A program made the translations under genes and the position numbers. The notes beneath the pieces were generated by a model. That model was not told the origin of the DNA and did no database searches. It was given only the letters and a program-made list of their open reading frames with translations. Shown in pieces: positions 23,963-24,000 of a stretch of 24,000 nucleotides of DNA (its first letter is position 1; each line of letters starts with the position of its first letter). The stretch covers positions 57,994 through 81,993 of the forward strand of contig DFOA01000041.1 of assembly GCA_002381185.1 (NCBI GenBank), given 5' to 3'. This DNA comes from Firmicutes bacterium UBA3553 (GTDB lineage Bacteria > Bacillota > Clostridia > Tissierellales > Sedimentibacteraceae).

Positions 23963-24000
23963 ATGAATGATATTATAGAAAAAGCACATATTTTTGGGTC
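23963..24000 (+). CDS. 5' end of an unidentified CDS (MNDIIEKAHIFG...), truncated by the window edge
   Basis: The ATG lies 5 nt after AAGAGGA (23951-23957), downstream of the consensus promoter. Only 12 codons are visible. Confidence 0.35.
   Translation, partial: MNDIIEKAHIFG

Noticed and set aside
1-24000. Search for mobile-element or defence-island hallmarks (transposase, integrase, CRISPR repeats, tRNA/rRNA, long direct repeats, toxin-antitoxin pairs)
   Set aside because: None were found by eye. Gene content and uniform AT-rich composition look like ordinary chromosomal accessory metabolism and signalling genes rather than a horizontally acquired island.

Overview
Low-GC Firmicutes (Clostridia-like) chromosomal segment with no transposase, integrase, CRISPR, tRNA or rRNA that I can see. 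From left to right it contains the following. (a) The 3' end of a UvrA-family ATPase. (b) One long + strand operon (about 1.2-11.2 kb) encoding an RpiR/SIS regulator, a RocB-like M20 peptidase, a PNPOx-family flavoprotein, a five-component Opp/Dpp-type peptide ABC importer and an M14-like carboxypeptidase. This may be a peptidoglycan stem-peptide salvage unit. (c) DUF2249, a YkvI-type membrane protein, DUF1697 and a GNAT. (d) The most interesting locus (14.0-18.6 kb) is an orphan agr quorum-sensing cassette. It consists of a small 5-TM protein, AgrB, and a 45-aa AgrD that is absent from the ORF track (predicted thiolactone core CWWGI). There is no AgrC/AgrA anywhere in the window. Instead the cassette is bracketed by two polytopic membrane c-di-GMP enzymes, a GGDEF cyclase upstream and a GGDEF + HD-GYP enzyme 46 nt downstream. 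I propose a peptide-signal to c-di-GMP circuit as the candidate novel system. (e) A divergent 2-hydroxyacid dehydrogenase / HpcH-family aldolase pair, an SLH cell-surface protein, a split ChrA (short-chain CHR) pair and a leaderless zinc phospholipase-C-like protein. (f) A consensus sigma-A promoter embedded in a perfect 15-bp inverted repeat that also looks like the terminator of the preceding gene. Several start codons were moved relative to the ORF track on the basis of Shine-Dalgarno placement. All family calls rest on motifs read by eye, since no searches were run.
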